Positions 54,019 through 63,086 are shown, numbered from the stretch's first letter. The stretch is DNA of 64,000 nucleotides from Minisyncoccota bacterium (GCA_041659205.1 JBAZYS010000003.1:3266-67265); one strand, 5' to 3'. The notes: generated by a model not told the origin, from the sequence alone. Numbers and translations are program-made.

Positions 54019-55539
54019 ATGAAAACTGATGAAAAAGAAAACAAAATAATTGTACATCCACCTGTCGTGGCTGTAATGGGACATATTGACCATGGAAAAT
54101 CAACCTTACTTGATTACATCAGGAAAACAAATATTACTGAAACTGAAACTGGAGGAATAACTCAGAGAATTTCTGCTTATGAAGTCGTGCATAAAGATGA
54201 AAATGGGCAAAATAGAAAAATAACTTTTCTAGATACACCGGGCCATGAAGCTTTTTCTAAAATGAGGGAACGGGGTGCAGAGATAGCCGATATTGCAATC
54301 CTCGTCGTCTCCGCAGAAGATGGAGTAAAACCTCAAACGATTGAAGCCTGGAAAACTATAACTGAATCCAAAATTCCCTACATTGTTGCTATAAACAAAA
54401 TAGATAAGCCAGGGGCGAATGTTGAAAAAACAAAAATGGAGTTAGCAGAAAATGAAATCTATCTTGAAAATTATGGAGGGACAGTCCCCTTCACAGAAAT
54501 TTCTGCAAAAGATGGTACGGGTGTAGATGATTTGTTGACGCTCATCTTAGTCTTAGCTGATATGGAAAACCTGACTGGAAACAAAAATGAAGAAGCAGCG
54601 GGTTTTGTAATTGAAGTAAACCTAGACTCAAGACGCGGAATCATGGCGAGTTTGGTTATAAAAAACGGCACAATGAGAAAAGGAATGACCGTGGTTGTAG
54701 AAGACAGCATGTGTTCTACCCGTATCATTGAAAACTTTTTAGGTAAAAGTATAGATGAAGCTACGTTCTCTTCCCCTGTGCGTGTCGTAGGCTTCGACAA
54801 GATGCCTAGAGTGGGAGCACCGTTTAAAACTTTTCAAAAAAAATCAGATGCCATTAAATACACAGAAGATTGGAAAGAAGGAAAAATTGCTGAAAAAACA
54901 AAAAATAATAAAACAAGCAATGAAGAAAATACTAAAAAAATAATACCGATAATATTAAAAGCGGATGTTTCAGGTTCTATTGAGGCTATCGAAAAAGAAA
55001 TAGCTAAAATCAGAAATGATAATGCTGAATTTAAAATTGTTGTAAAAGGCATCGGACCAATCACTGAATCTGATATAAAAGGAGTGTCCCAAGGAGCGGA
55101 TGCAATAGTCATCGGTTTTAACGTTAAAACAGACAAAAGTGCACTCGAAGTCGCCGAAAAAAGAGGCATTACAATCTCCTTTTTTGAAATTATTTACAAA
55201 ATGACCGAATGGCTTGAAGAACAAATGGAAATACGAAGACCAAAGATTGAAACCATGGAAACAACTGGCCAAGCGAAAATTATTCGCGCTTTCAGCCGTA
55301 CTAAAGAACGTCAGATAGTCGGAGGCAAAGTAACTGTGGGTCAAATTAACTTAAATAGCACTGTCAGAATTATGCGCCGTGAATTTGAAATTGGTCGTGC
55401 AAAAATAATTAACTTAGAAAAAAGTAAAGTTAAAACAAGCACCGTCGAGGAGGGTGCTGAGTTCGGAATGATGATTGAATCAAAGATTGAAGTCGTCGCT
55501 GGAGATATATTGGAATCATTCTCCGTAATTCAAAAATAA
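54019..55539 (+). CDS. infB: Translation initiation factor IF-2 (short form starting at the G domain)
   Basis: 506 aa; [28 protein letters not shown]; C-terminal beta-barrel domains. Confidence 0.9.
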   Translation: MKTDEKENKIIVHPPVVAVMGHIDHGKSTLLDYIRKTNITETETGGITQRISAYEVVHKDENGQNRKITFLDTPGHEAFSKMRERGAEIADIAILVVSAEDGVKPQTIEAWKTITESKIPYIVAINKIDKPGANVEKTKMELAENEIYLENYGGTVPFTEISAKDGTGVDDLLTLILVLADMENLTGNKNEEAAGFVIEVNLDSRRGIMASLVIKNGTMRKGMTVVVEDSMCSTRIIENFLGKSIDEATFSSPVRVVGFDKMPRVGAPFKTFQKKSDAIKYTEDWKEGKIAEKTKNNKTSNEENTKKIIPIILKADVSGSIEAIEKEIAKIRNDNAEFKIVVKGIGPITESDIKGVSQGADAIVIGFNVKTDKSALEVAEKRGITISFFEIIYKMTEWLEEQMEIRRPKIETMETTGQAKIIRAFSRTKERQIVGGKVTVGQINLNSTVRIMRREFEIGRAKIINLEKSKVKTSTVEEGAEFGMMIESKIEVVAGDILESFSVIQK

Positions 55540-55540
55540 T

Positions 55541-55873
55541 ATGGGAGAAGAAAATAAAAGAACTGAAAAAGTGTCTAATGCCATCAAGGAGCTCGCTGCT
55601 CAGTTCCTAGGACGCGAGAACAATAGAACTTCTCTCATCACTGTAACTTCTGCCAATGTCTCCCCTGACCTGAAGCGCGCGACTATCTTCATCACAGTCC
55701 TACCTGATTCCAAAGAACATGATGCACTTGAATTCGCAAAAAGAAAAAGAGCAGAACTTCGAGATTTTTTGAAAAAGAATATGCCGATAAAAGTAATCCC
55801 TTTTGTTGACATAATGATTGATAAAGGAGAAAAAAATCGTCAGAAAATTGACGAACTGCTCCGAAATGGTTAA
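55541..55873 (+). CDS. rbfA: Ribosome-binding factor A
   Basis: 110 aa KH-like RbfA; follows infB as in the canonical order. Confidence 0.8.
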   Translation: MGEENKRTEKVSNAIKELAAQFLGRENNRTSLITVTSANVSPDLKRATIFITVLPDSKEHDALEFAKRKRAELRDFLKKNMPIKVIPFVDIMIDKGEKNRQKIDELLRNG

Positions 55874-55875
55874 AC

Positions 55876-55983
55876 TTCTTCAAATAGTCTTTGAAAAATG
55901 CCTTGCGCAGGCTGACGAGCCGAGCAGAGCAAATTTTCAGCAGAAAATTATGTGTGCATTTTGAGAAGAGCTATTTGAAGAAG
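55876..55983. mobile_element. Palindromic insertion element family B, copy 2 (intergenic, right after the rbfA stop)
   Basis: Outer inverted repeat cttcttcaaatag/ctatttgaagaag; same conserved inner cores; central hairpin replaced by the compensatory aattttc-agcag-gaaaatt. Confidence 0.6.
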
Positions 55984-55990
55984 TCTAAAT

Positions 55991-56062
55991 GGCCTGGTAG
56001 CCAAGTGGTAAGGCATTCCTCTGCAAAAGGAATATACGGCGGTTCGATTCCGCCCCAGGCCT
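55991..56062 (+). tRNA. tRNA-Cys (GCA)
   Basis: Acceptor GGCCTGG/CCAGGCC, anticodon loop cuGCAaa, T-loop GGTTCGATTCC, discriminator U. Confidence 0.85.
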
Positions 56063-56123
56063 CAAGAGATTAAGTTTTTAATTTCTTTTTGTTCTTTATA
56101 TGCTAGAATGTTTTAGTATAATT

Positions 56124-56205
56124 GCCCGGATGGCGGAATTGGTATACGCGCACGACTTAAAATCGTGTCTCGTAAGGGATGTGGGTTCGACTCCCACTCC
56201 GGGCA
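56124..56205 (+). tRNA. tRNA-Leu (TAA), long variable arm
   Basis: Acceptor GCCCGGA/TCCGGGC, anticodon loop cuUAAaa, variable arm, T-loop GGGTTCGACTCCC. Confidence 0.85.
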
Positions 56206-56414
56206 CCGCACGGAAATAAGCAAATTTATTTGCTTATGTGTGGGAGTCGAAAGGATTTTCGTTATTGAGCGGAGCGAAATCGAAAATCACCTGGCTATGT
56301 AATAGCCGACTCCTCCGGGCACACAACTTAATAATTAATTTTGCGCCCTTGGCTGTTTTGGTAGGTCGTTAGATTAGGTAATTAAGTTATGTCGAAGTAG
56401 AATAAAAAATAAAT

Positions 56415-56487
56415 GCGTCCATAGCTCAGCTGGTAGAGCAGATCCCTCTTAAGGATAAGGTCGGAGGTTCGATCCCTCCTGGACGCA
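56415..56487 (+). tRNA. tRNA-Lys (CTT)
   Basis: Acceptor GCGTCCA/TGGACGC, D-arm GCTCAGCTGGTAGAGC, anticodon loop cuCUUaa, T-loop GGTTCGATCC. Confidence 0.8.
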
Positions 56488-56512
56488 CAGCATTAAAATA
56501 TAATGCAAATTT

Positions 56513-56594
56513 GCTGGGATGGCGGAATTGGTATACGCGCTAGTCTTAGGAACTAGTGGGGCAACCCTTGGGAGTTCGAGTCTCCCTCCCAGCA
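56513..56594 (+). tRNA. tRNA-Leu (TAG), long variable arm
   Basis: Acceptor GCTGGGA/TCCCAGC, anticodon loop cuUAGga, variable arm, T-loop GGAGTTCGAGTCTCC. Confidence 0.85.
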
Positions 56595-56612
56595 CATAAT
56601 AGTTGAGTTAAA

Positions 56613-56640
56613 GCCCCCATAGCTTATAGGCTATGGGGGC
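56613..56640 (+). terminator. Hairpin after the tRNA cluster (gcccccatag ... ctatgggggc)
   Basis: 10 bp perfect stem; weak U-run. Confidence 0.4.
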
Positions 56641-56659
56641 TTGACATTTGTATGGATAA

Positions 56660-57439
56660 GTGCTATACTTCTCTTATATGAATACAACAAAAAACAATTC
56701 AATAGTTTTCGGCTTGAAAATGTTGTCTATTTTGGCATTTAGCCTATTAGTTATACCTGCGACAGCTTCAGCTACCCTGGCTTTTACCCCTACCCCAAGT
56801 GAAAATCCAGCACCAATGGTTAACTCAATAAGCCCAGATTCTAAAAACAGAAATGACAACGTTAATACGATAACAATTACAGGAAGTGGATTTATCTCAA
56901 ATTCTGTAGCTAGGGTAAATGGACAAGTACGTCCTACTGTCTTTATTGATGCTTCTCATCTCTCACTTCAGTTAATTGGGAATGATGCATATAATCCTGA
57001 CGGACTTTATATTAATGTCTTTAATGAATTGCCAGGAGGAGGGTACTCAAATGCTGCTTTCTTCAAAACAAATATGATTGTCCCTGCAACTACAAATACA
57101 GGAAATACAAATGGGAACACCAGCAACAATAACTATGGTAATGCAAACACAAACGGAAATACAAATAACACTAATTCTTCTGCATCAAAAAATACCAAAA
57201 ACAGTAACACGAGTACTTCTACAAACAACAACCAAACAAAAAGTTCGACTACTACTGATGCAAACTCAAACTATAGCAACCTAGCATCTAATGCAATATT
57301 TGGAACAAATGGTTTTATGCCAACTGGCCTAATACAATGGATATTGTTTGCGATAATCGTATTACTACTTATTATTTTAGTTAGAAAAATCTTTGGTGGT
57401 AAAAAGAATTACGACGAAGCACCTATGAAGCACGCGTAA
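56660..57439 (+). CDS. Cell-surface protein with IPT/TIG-like domain, Asn/Thr-rich linker and C-terminal TM anchor
   Basis: Signal peptide; ISPDS..ITITGSGF...VNG block; long N/T low-complexity stretch; C-terminal hydrophobic helix plus basic tail. Confidence 0.45.
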   Translation: MLYFSYMNTTKNNSIVFGLKMLSILAFSLLVIPATASATLAFTPTPSENPAPMVNSISPDSKNRNDNVNTITITGSGFISNSVARVNGQVRPTVFIDASHLSLQLIGNDAYNPDGLYINVFNELPGGGYSNAAFFKTNMIVPATTNTGNTNGNTSNNNYGNANTNGNTNNTNSSASKNTKNSNTSTSTNNNQTKSSTTTDANSNYSNLASNAIFGTNGFMPTGLIQWILFAIIVLLLIILVRKIFGGKKNYDEAPMKHA

Positions 57440-57472
57440 TAACTATTATAAAATAAAGACATTTTCAAGAAA

Positions 57473-57518
57473 GTCAGCCCCGCAAGGGGTTGACTTTTCT
57501 GTTATTGTATGATACAAT
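57473..57518 (+). promoter_or_regulatory. Terminator hairpin (gtcagcccc-gcaa-ggggttgac) overlapping a near-consensus promoter (TTGACT, 17 bp spacer, TACAAT) for the downstream GC-rich genes
   Basis: TTGACT at 57490-57495; TACAAT at 57513-57518. Confidence 0.5.
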
Positions 57519-57615
57519 ATATACGACTAGGCTCTCTGACAAAAGAATAGAAACCAAACAACTCGCACCCACAATAGTGCCCAACGCGCCTTTGAGCGTA
57601 AAGAAAGGTAAGACA

Positions 57616-58503
57616 ATGTCTAACCAAAAAAGTTTAACAATGCCAAAGACACAAACTCCAAACGGAGTTATAATCAGCCTCTTAGGATTAGCAATCCTAG
57701 CATGGCTCGTTTTGTACTTGTTGATCTTTGGAGCATTCTTCAGCGCAATCATCGTGTTTTTCATCATGGGGATGACCACGAAAGTTTATACTGATACTGT
57801 CCAAGGATTCGAAGCCCACATCCTTCTCAACAACCTAACACAAGAACAACGTGCAGTGTTCCAGGGAATGAATTTTAAATTACCCTGGGAAACATTCCAA
57901 CAAAAAATCGATCTTCGGGTCGAGCTCAATGAAGTCCTCAAGGACGAAACCTACGCAGCCAAAGACACATTGATGGTAGTGAAGTATGTTTACACCATTC
58001 GGCCAGACGTGTCAGGAGATAACCCAGGGGAAAAAATAGTCCTTTTTGCGTCGTTCGAACCTGACGCAATCAAGATGGCTGGTAGAGCAATTTTCAGTAG
58101 TACCCTATCTGATCATTATGCTACTAAAAACGGTACCCAGCTCCTTAATAAGGCTGAAATCACCAAAGAACTTTTTGGGCCTAATAGTAATAAGTTAGAA
58201 AAATTTGATAAGGAACACGGGTCAGTAGCAGAGGTTGTATTGGAAGACTCTGACTTCGACGAGGCTACACAGAAGTCAAGAGACATGTTGTCTCGAGCTA
58301 CTTCCTTTGACGCAACAGTTAAAAAACTGACGTCTAAAGGAAGAGTAAATCCAGCAGAGGCTGTACGCGTAGCAAAACTCATGGCCTTTGACGACGTTAA
58401 GGAGTTTAACCTTAACGTCACAGGGCTCGAAAATCTACAATCAGCGAACTTCGCTGGAGGGCTCTCAATTCCCTCCACTGATAAGAAAGGACCCAAGAAA
58501 TGA
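57616..58503 (+). CDS. Membrane protein with tentative SPFH/band-7-like domain (GC-rich, likely foreign)
   Basis: Start placed at MSNQKS (RBS-like aaagaaaggtaag upstream); 1-2 TM then a domain with VKYVYTIRPD-type SPFH-like strand; the track ORF starts at 57490 inside the promoter. Confidence 0.35.
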   Translation: MSNQKSLTMPKTQTPNGVIISLLGLAILAWLVLYLLIFGAFFSAIIVFFIMGMTTKVYTDTVQGFEAHILLNNLTQEQRAVFQGMNFKLPWETFQQKIDLRVELNEVLKDETYAAKDTLMVVKYVYTIRPDVSGDNPGEKIVLFASFEPDAIKMAGRAIFSSTLSDHYATKNGTQLLNKAEITKELFGPNSNKLEKFDKEHGSVAEVVLEDSDFDEATQKSRDMLSRATSFDATVKKLTSKGRVNPAEAVRVAKLMAFDDVKEFNLNVTGLENLQSANFAGGLSIPSTDKKGPKK

Positions 58504-58970
58504 GCCACACACCCACGGGTACTACCACACCCCCAAAAAGCACGAACCTACTTAAATGGGTCTTCTTGACCATCGCACTAATTCTCTTCATTCTCTATGT
58601 GAAGAATGAATTCAGTGGAACAAAGAAAAAGGCAGAGGCAACCGCTGCTGAAGTGGCAAAAAATGCAGCACAAGCTGTATCCCAGGCATTGACAGCTACT
58701 CCTCCTCCCCAAGGGCCCAAAAAGAAATTAATCAGCTTCAACGATGGGCCAATCGTTTCATTCACCTACTACGGCGGACCACTCATCTGGAATGCCATAG
58801 GGGGGAAAGTCGACTTTGTCGACGAATATGGAGTGAAGTGGAGTCACACCCCTGGAAAGCTGGAAGTCGGAGTTATGAACCAACAGCTTCACAGAGGCGT
58901 GGTCTTCGCCAGCAAACAAGCTAACTCGAAAGCAACGGGTGTGGAAATCACCCAAGTCTGGAAGGACTAG
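58500..58970 (+). CDS. Hypothetical membrane-anchored protein (GC-rich)
   Basis: 156 aa; N-terminal TM; translationally coupled (ATGA overlap) to the upstream gene. Confidence 0.4.
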   Translation: MSHTPTGTTTPPKSTNLLKWVFLTIALILFILYVKNEFSGTKKKAEATAAEVAKNAAQAVSQALTATPPPQGPKKKLISFNDGPIVSFTYYGGPLIWNAIGGKVDFVDEYGVKWSHTPGKLEVGVMNQQLHRGVVFASKQANSKATGVEITQVWKD

Positions 58971-59000
58971 ACTATTCATCGCGCTAGTCACGCAAAGCAA

Positions 59001-59030
59001 AAGGCGCCCCACTCGTGGGACGCCTTTTTT
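59001..59030 (+). terminator. Rho-independent terminator after the GC-rich gene pair
   Basis: aggcgccccactcgtgggacgcct plus tttttt. Confidence 0.65.
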
Positions 59031-59063
59031 ATTTTCACTAATAAATTCCTACAAAATAAAATA

Positions 59064-59399
59064 CTAGGGTGGAGACAAATGAACAGAATTATCCCCTGTT
59101 GAATTTATTTGGACATCACTAATATTCAGAGTTTTTAAAATAATCCCAAGGATAGTCCAAACTCCCATCATAATAGTAATACCAACAATTCCCCAAATCA
59201 TATGCTGCTTACCTGTCGTCTTTTTCTCTTCATTTTCTTGATTTGAAAGAAATTCAAATATACCATAAAGAAAATAAACAACAGCTAGAGCAAATAGTAA
59301 TCCGATAAGTGGATTTATAATCATCGTATCAACATTCGCGATAAACCCATTTAAGGAAGTTGATGCAGCATAGGCTATCTTTGTAGAAAATAAATCCAT
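59064..59399 (-). CDS. VirB2/TrbC-like pilin family protein, paralog 1
   Basis: 111 aa; hydrophobic helix - charged loop (ENEEKKTTGKQ) - hydrophobic helix (MIWGIVGITIMMGVWTILGII). Confidence 0.5.
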   Translation of the reverse strand: MDLFSTKIAYAASTSLNGFIANVDTMIINPLIGLLFALAVVYFLYGIFEFLSNQENEEKKTTGKQHMIWGIVGITIMMGVWTILGIILKTLNISDVQINSTGDNSVHLSPP

Positions 59400-59409
59400 A
59401 CTAAAAATA

Positions 59410-59796
59410 TTAATTTATTGTCGGCAAAGTAATTGTACCAGAGTTACTGACATCAAAAGTCTTGGTCAAAATACCTACAAGACCCCACATAGCAATAATG
59501 ACAGCCAAACCAATGATACCGAAGATTATGCGGTCTCTTCCTGCTTTTTTAGCTTCCTCGTCACTTGAGATAACATAGGTAATAACTCCCCAAACGAAGT
59601 AAACTACGCCTAGAGCAATCAAAACTGGCACAACTGCATTAAGGATTTGACCAATTTTACATAGTACTGTAAACAATGTTCCTTGCCCTGCATTAGCCGC
59701 ACAATTACTTCCACCTGTTGTAGTGACCTGTGCCAAAGCAACAAGAGGAGAAAAACCTAAAACAGAACCAGACAACACAATTAATTTCTTTTTCAT
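59410..59796 (-). CDS. VirB2/TrbC-like pilin family protein, paralog 2
   Basis: 128 aa; signal peptide ...VALAQV; helix-EEAKKAGRDR-helix (IIFGIIGLAVIIAMWGLVGIL). Confidence 0.5.
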   Translation of the reverse strand: MKKKLIVLSGSVLGFSPLVALAQVTTTGGSNCAANAGQGTLFTVLCKIGQILNAVVPVLIALGVVYFVWGVITYVISSDEEAKKAGRDRIIFGIIGLAVIIAMWGLVGILTKTFDVSNSGTITLPTIN

Positions 59797-59873
59797 AATT
59801 ATTTCTTCCTAACTTCTAATAATAAACGCGACCTAATAATGCTAATAATATCCTTGTATTATACTCCTTGCTA

Positions 59874-60926
59874 TTATCCTGGGCAAGTTCCGTCTGCTCT
59901 CCTGATAAACATAGGATTAGGACAAGGGCCCGAAGAAACACAAGTTTGAGTATTAAAATTATATTGAGTGCCTGAAGGACAAGAACTAGGACCTCCACTT
60001 CCTCCAGAGGGACACATTAGAGGGTTTGATACATATGTTTTACCATCTGGACAAAGGGTTGGACCCCCACCTATTGGACACAAAAATTGATTCATAACAA
60101 CTGTTCCATCAGAACAAGTAAAAGAACCACCTCCGCTCGTACTATCTGGAACACAAGCAGTACCATCATTGTGCGTACCCGATGGACAAGGACCAACAAA
60201 GCCATCTCCAGTATTGCCTCCTCCATCTGTAGAAGAACTCGATCCAGGAGGGCGTACTTGTGGAAGGATATTTCCATTAATACCAAAGGTGCTGGTAAGT
60301 ATACCCACTAGACCCCAAACAGAAAGCATCACTGCAAGAGCAATAATACCCCAAACCATAAACTGTTTACCTTGGGCTCTCTTCGCTTCTTCGTCTGCAT
60401 TGATTATAAAAAAGTTAACTGCTCCCCAAACGAACATAACTGTCGCAAGAGCAAAAATAAGAGGAATTATTGAATTATTTATTATACAAGTCACATAACT
60501 GAGTACCCCTTGGAAATTGGTCCCCATCGTACAAGTAGAGCTTGCTCCAGTTAAAGGTGCAAGCGACGGAGCAGTAACTCCACTTAAACCAAAAGTATTA
60601 ACTATAATATTTACAAGCCCCCATAATCCTACGATAACTGCAAAACCGATAAGGCCATAAATCATTCTATCTTTACCTGTTTTCTTCGCTTCTTCCCCGT
60701 CTGCAATGACGTATTGAACGACACCCCAAACGAAATACACTACTCCAAGAGAAACAAGAACAGGAATTATTGAGTTAAGGATTTCTTTCATTTGACATAT
60801 TAATTTACCTATGCCAGTGAGAGAATCACACGTCGAAGCAGCAGCAAAAGAAATAATTGGAATTAGAGCTATAAAAGAAAAAATTGATATAAACTTATAA
60901 ACAGATTTTAATGATTTCTTATTCAT
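59874..60926 (-). CDS. Multi-module pilin-like protein (two tandem VirB2-like modules) with Cys/Gly/Ser-rich C-terminal domain
   Basis: 350 aa; two copies of ...VYFVWG..-[A]DGEEAKKTGKDR / ADEEAKRAQGKQ - .WG(L/I)I..AV...WGLV. modules, then 14 Cys in a G/S/P/T-rich tail. Confidence 0.5.
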   Translation of the reverse strand: MNKKSLKSVYKFISIFSFIALIPIISFAAASTCDSLTGIGKLICQMKEILNSIIPVLVSLGVVYFVWGVVQYVIADGEEAKKTGKDRMIYGLIGFAVIVGLWGLVNIIVNTFGLSGVTAPSLAPLTGASSTCTMGTNFQGVLSYVTCIINNSIIPLIFALATVMFVWGAVNFFIINADEEAKRAQGKQFMVWGIIALAVMLSVWGLVGILTSTFGINGNILPQVRPPGSSSSTDGGGNTGDGFVGPCPSGTHNDGTACVPDSTSGGGSFTCSDGTVVMNQFLCPIGGGPTLCPDGKTYVSNPLMCPSGGSGGPSSCPSGTQYNFNTQTCVSSGPCPNPMFIRRADGTCPG

Positions 60927-60935
60927 ATATTTTAT

Positions 60936-61307
60936 TTATAACGCTAGCACTGTAGCTGATATCATCTTTGCTATAGCCCATGAACCTAATAATATTGCTG
61001 CCCCTATCAATGTATACATAAGTGCTTCTTTTGCTTTGCTTAGCTTCTCAGAATTACCCCTTGCAAAAACAAAAAGAAAACCACAATAAATAATTGCGAG
61101 CGCCACTACTGGTATACCTATTTTCAACATGCCTTCAAGGATTTTCTGAATAAGCCCTGGGACCGAAGTTATACTTGGAATTGGATTTTCAATCTTACCA
61201 CCACGAGCCTCTGTTCCACTTCCTTGTGCATAAAGTGTAAAAATAGGAATAATAAATAAATAAACTGCTAAAGTAATTTTGCCCCAGTTTTTCTTAAAAA
61301 ATTTCAT
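60936..61307 (-). CDS. VirB2/TrbC-like pilin family protein, paralog 4
   Basis: 123 aa; signal peptide ...LYAQGSGT; helix-NSEKLSKAKE-helix. Confidence 0.5.
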   Translation of the reverse strand: MKFFKKNWGKITLAVYLFIIPIFTLYAQGSGTEARGGKIENPIPSITSVPGLIQKILEGMLKIGIPVVALAIIYCGFLFVFARGNSEKLSKAKEALMYTLIGAAILLGSWAIAKMISATVLAL

Positions 61308-61354
61308 GATTATATTATACTATAATGTTAATTATAAACTAATTTAATATCTAA

Positions 61355-61792
61355 TTAAGGTGAAAGTGGATTAAAACCAATCCAGCTACCCTGATAACCT
61401 AAAATTGATAATACTGTTCTAACAATAAGAAAAGCAGCTATCGCTATAATAAGGCCAATAACAACATCTGAAAAAATTGCTTTCGCTTTTGTCCTAGCAT
61501 GAGCTACTTCCCCTCCTGCTGAAACCATTAGAAAGCCAGCATAAGCAAACATTATGGCTGCGATAGGAATAACCATATCGAAAAGAATAAACTTAATAAC
61601 TTTATTTACTAGGGCCATAAGAGCGTTGAAGTCGCATGGTTGAGCAATTTTACCACTACTATCTGGTGTATTGTTGCAAGGAACCAAGCCTCCTCCTGTA
61701 GATGTACCTGAACCCTGTGCAAAAGACAAAGCTGGGATAATGAGTATTAAAAATACTAAAACGGAGATTAAGATTTTTTTTGTATTTTTCAT
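61355..61792 (-). CDS. VirB2/TrbC-like pilin family protein, paralog 5
   Basis: 145 aa; signal peptide ...LSFAQGSGT; helix-GEVAHARTKAKA-helix. Confidence 0.5.
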   Translation of the reverse strand: MKNTKKILISVLVFLILIIPALSFAQGSGTSTGGGLVPCNNTPDSSGKIAQPCDFNALMALVNKVIKFILFDMVIPIAAIMFAYAGFLMVSAGGEVAHARTKAKAIFSDVVIGLIIAIAAFLIVRTVLSILGYQGSWIGFNPLSP

Positions 61793-61796
61793 ATAA

Positions 61797-63086
61797 TTAC
61801 TTAAATAATAAAAGACTTATTTTTGAGTTCGCATCTTTAACGGCATCATTCACTGATAAATTACCAGACAATACTGAATCAATCATACCACTAAAAATGT
61901 TATTGGTATCTTTTGGCGATGGGTCAAGCCAGCTTCTGGCGTACAATGCGGAATTATAAAAAATAGGAGAATAAGCATCATCGGGCTTTATTGCAAGTAA
62001 ATCACGACGAGCTGGTGCTCCTCCTGTAGCTGTAGCAAATTTTGATGCAAAATCGCTCGTCGCGAGTAAACTCGCTGCCGTAAAAGCAGTAGTAAAATTC
62101 TTCGACGAAGCAGAAATAGCAATGCCGGTGACTCGAGCGCCTGTTACCTTAGAAGGAGAACTTCTAATCTGTGGAACACCTGAGATGAAAAAATTCTGAT
62201 TGGGGTTTCTATTTACCAAAGACTGAAGCTCAGAAGCATAACCAAAATAAAAAGCTAAATCTTCCCTAGAAAAAGCATCATTAGAATTTGGGAAAGATTT
62301 ATTCCACGAATATAAAGTATTATTGGGATCCGCAAAATCTGTATAAAACTTTAAAATTGAAGGAAGATTGTAATTTCCTATTGACGCGTCTAATGTTGAA
62401 TTTAGAATCCCATCTTTTTCTTTTGTAATAGGATTACCAGCCTGCATAAAAAGAGTCGCAAGAATATCTTTAGCATGAACTATATTAGAAGAGTGACCTA
62501 ATGCTACACCGCTTTTTATTATTTTATTTGTATTGTCTTTTTTAGTAAGTGTGGGAACCATTTTGGTCATCTCATCCCAATAGGCAGGTGGATAAACGAA
62601 TCCACTCGCATCAAGCATGCTTCTGTTGTAATACATCATAAGAGGATCAATAGAAACAGGAAAAGCGTAAACACCCTTCCCTGCTAAAAATACCTCCCCT
62701 GCTCCCGCAAAAACATTTTTGAACGTAGAGAGCGGATAGCTAGTATAGGGAATAGCAAAAATTTTATTAGAATAATGAAGAATCAAATTATCTGGTAGAA
62801 AAAATAAGTCTGGCCCTGCTCCCGCAGCCAATGCTTCAAGTAAATCTTGGTCAAAAGTATCAGGAGATTTTTGTACGTAAGAAACAACAAAAGTGGGATT
62901 CGCATCATTGAAACTCTTCATTGCTGTAGCTATCGTTGCACCCGGAACTGTACCCCACAAAACCACCGTACCTAAACTACCGGTACTATTTTTACCGAGA
63001 GGGATAGCGCCAGAAAAAACTAACATACCAAAAACAGCAGCAGCGATAAATACAATTAAAATGATTAGTTGAAAATTTCCTTTCAT
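61797..63086 (-). CDS. Extracellular solute-binding protein (ABC transporter SBP, family 1-like), membrane-anchored
   Basis: 429 aa; N-terminal anchor helix then an SBP_bac_1-like fold (VVLWGTVP..., AAGAGPDLF). Confidence 0.55.
   Translation of the reverse strand: MKGNFQLIILIVFIAAAVFGMLVFSGAIPLGKNSTGSLGTVVLWGTVPGATIATAMKSFNDANPTFVVSYVQKSPDTFDQDLLEALAAGAGPDLFFLPDNLILHYSNKIFAIPYTSYPLSTFKNVFAGAGEVFLAGKGVYAFPVSIDPLMMYYNRSMLDASGFVYPPAYWDEMTKMVPTLTKKDNTNKIIKSGVALGHSSNIVHAKDILATLFMQAGNPITKEKDGILNSTLDASIGNYNLPSILKFYTDFADPNNTLYSWNKSFPNSNDAFSREDLAFYFGYASELQSLVNRNPNQNFFISGVPQIRSSPSKVTGARVTGIAISASSKNFTTAFTAASLLATSDFASKFATATGGAPARRDLLAIKPDDAYSPIFYNSALYARSWLDPSPKDTNNIFSGMIDSVLSGNLSVNDAVKDANSKISLLLFK

Noticed and set aside
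53496-54044. 182 aa minus-strand ORF antisense to the DUF4446-like gene
   Set aside because: It is hydrophobic low-complexity and would overlap the cysteine desulfurase start. The plus-strand ORF is immediately followed by infB in an operonic arrangement.
55891-56073. 60 aa plus-strand ORF after rbfA
   Set aside because: It spans the palindromic repeat element and the tRNA-Cys gene, so it is a chance ORF.
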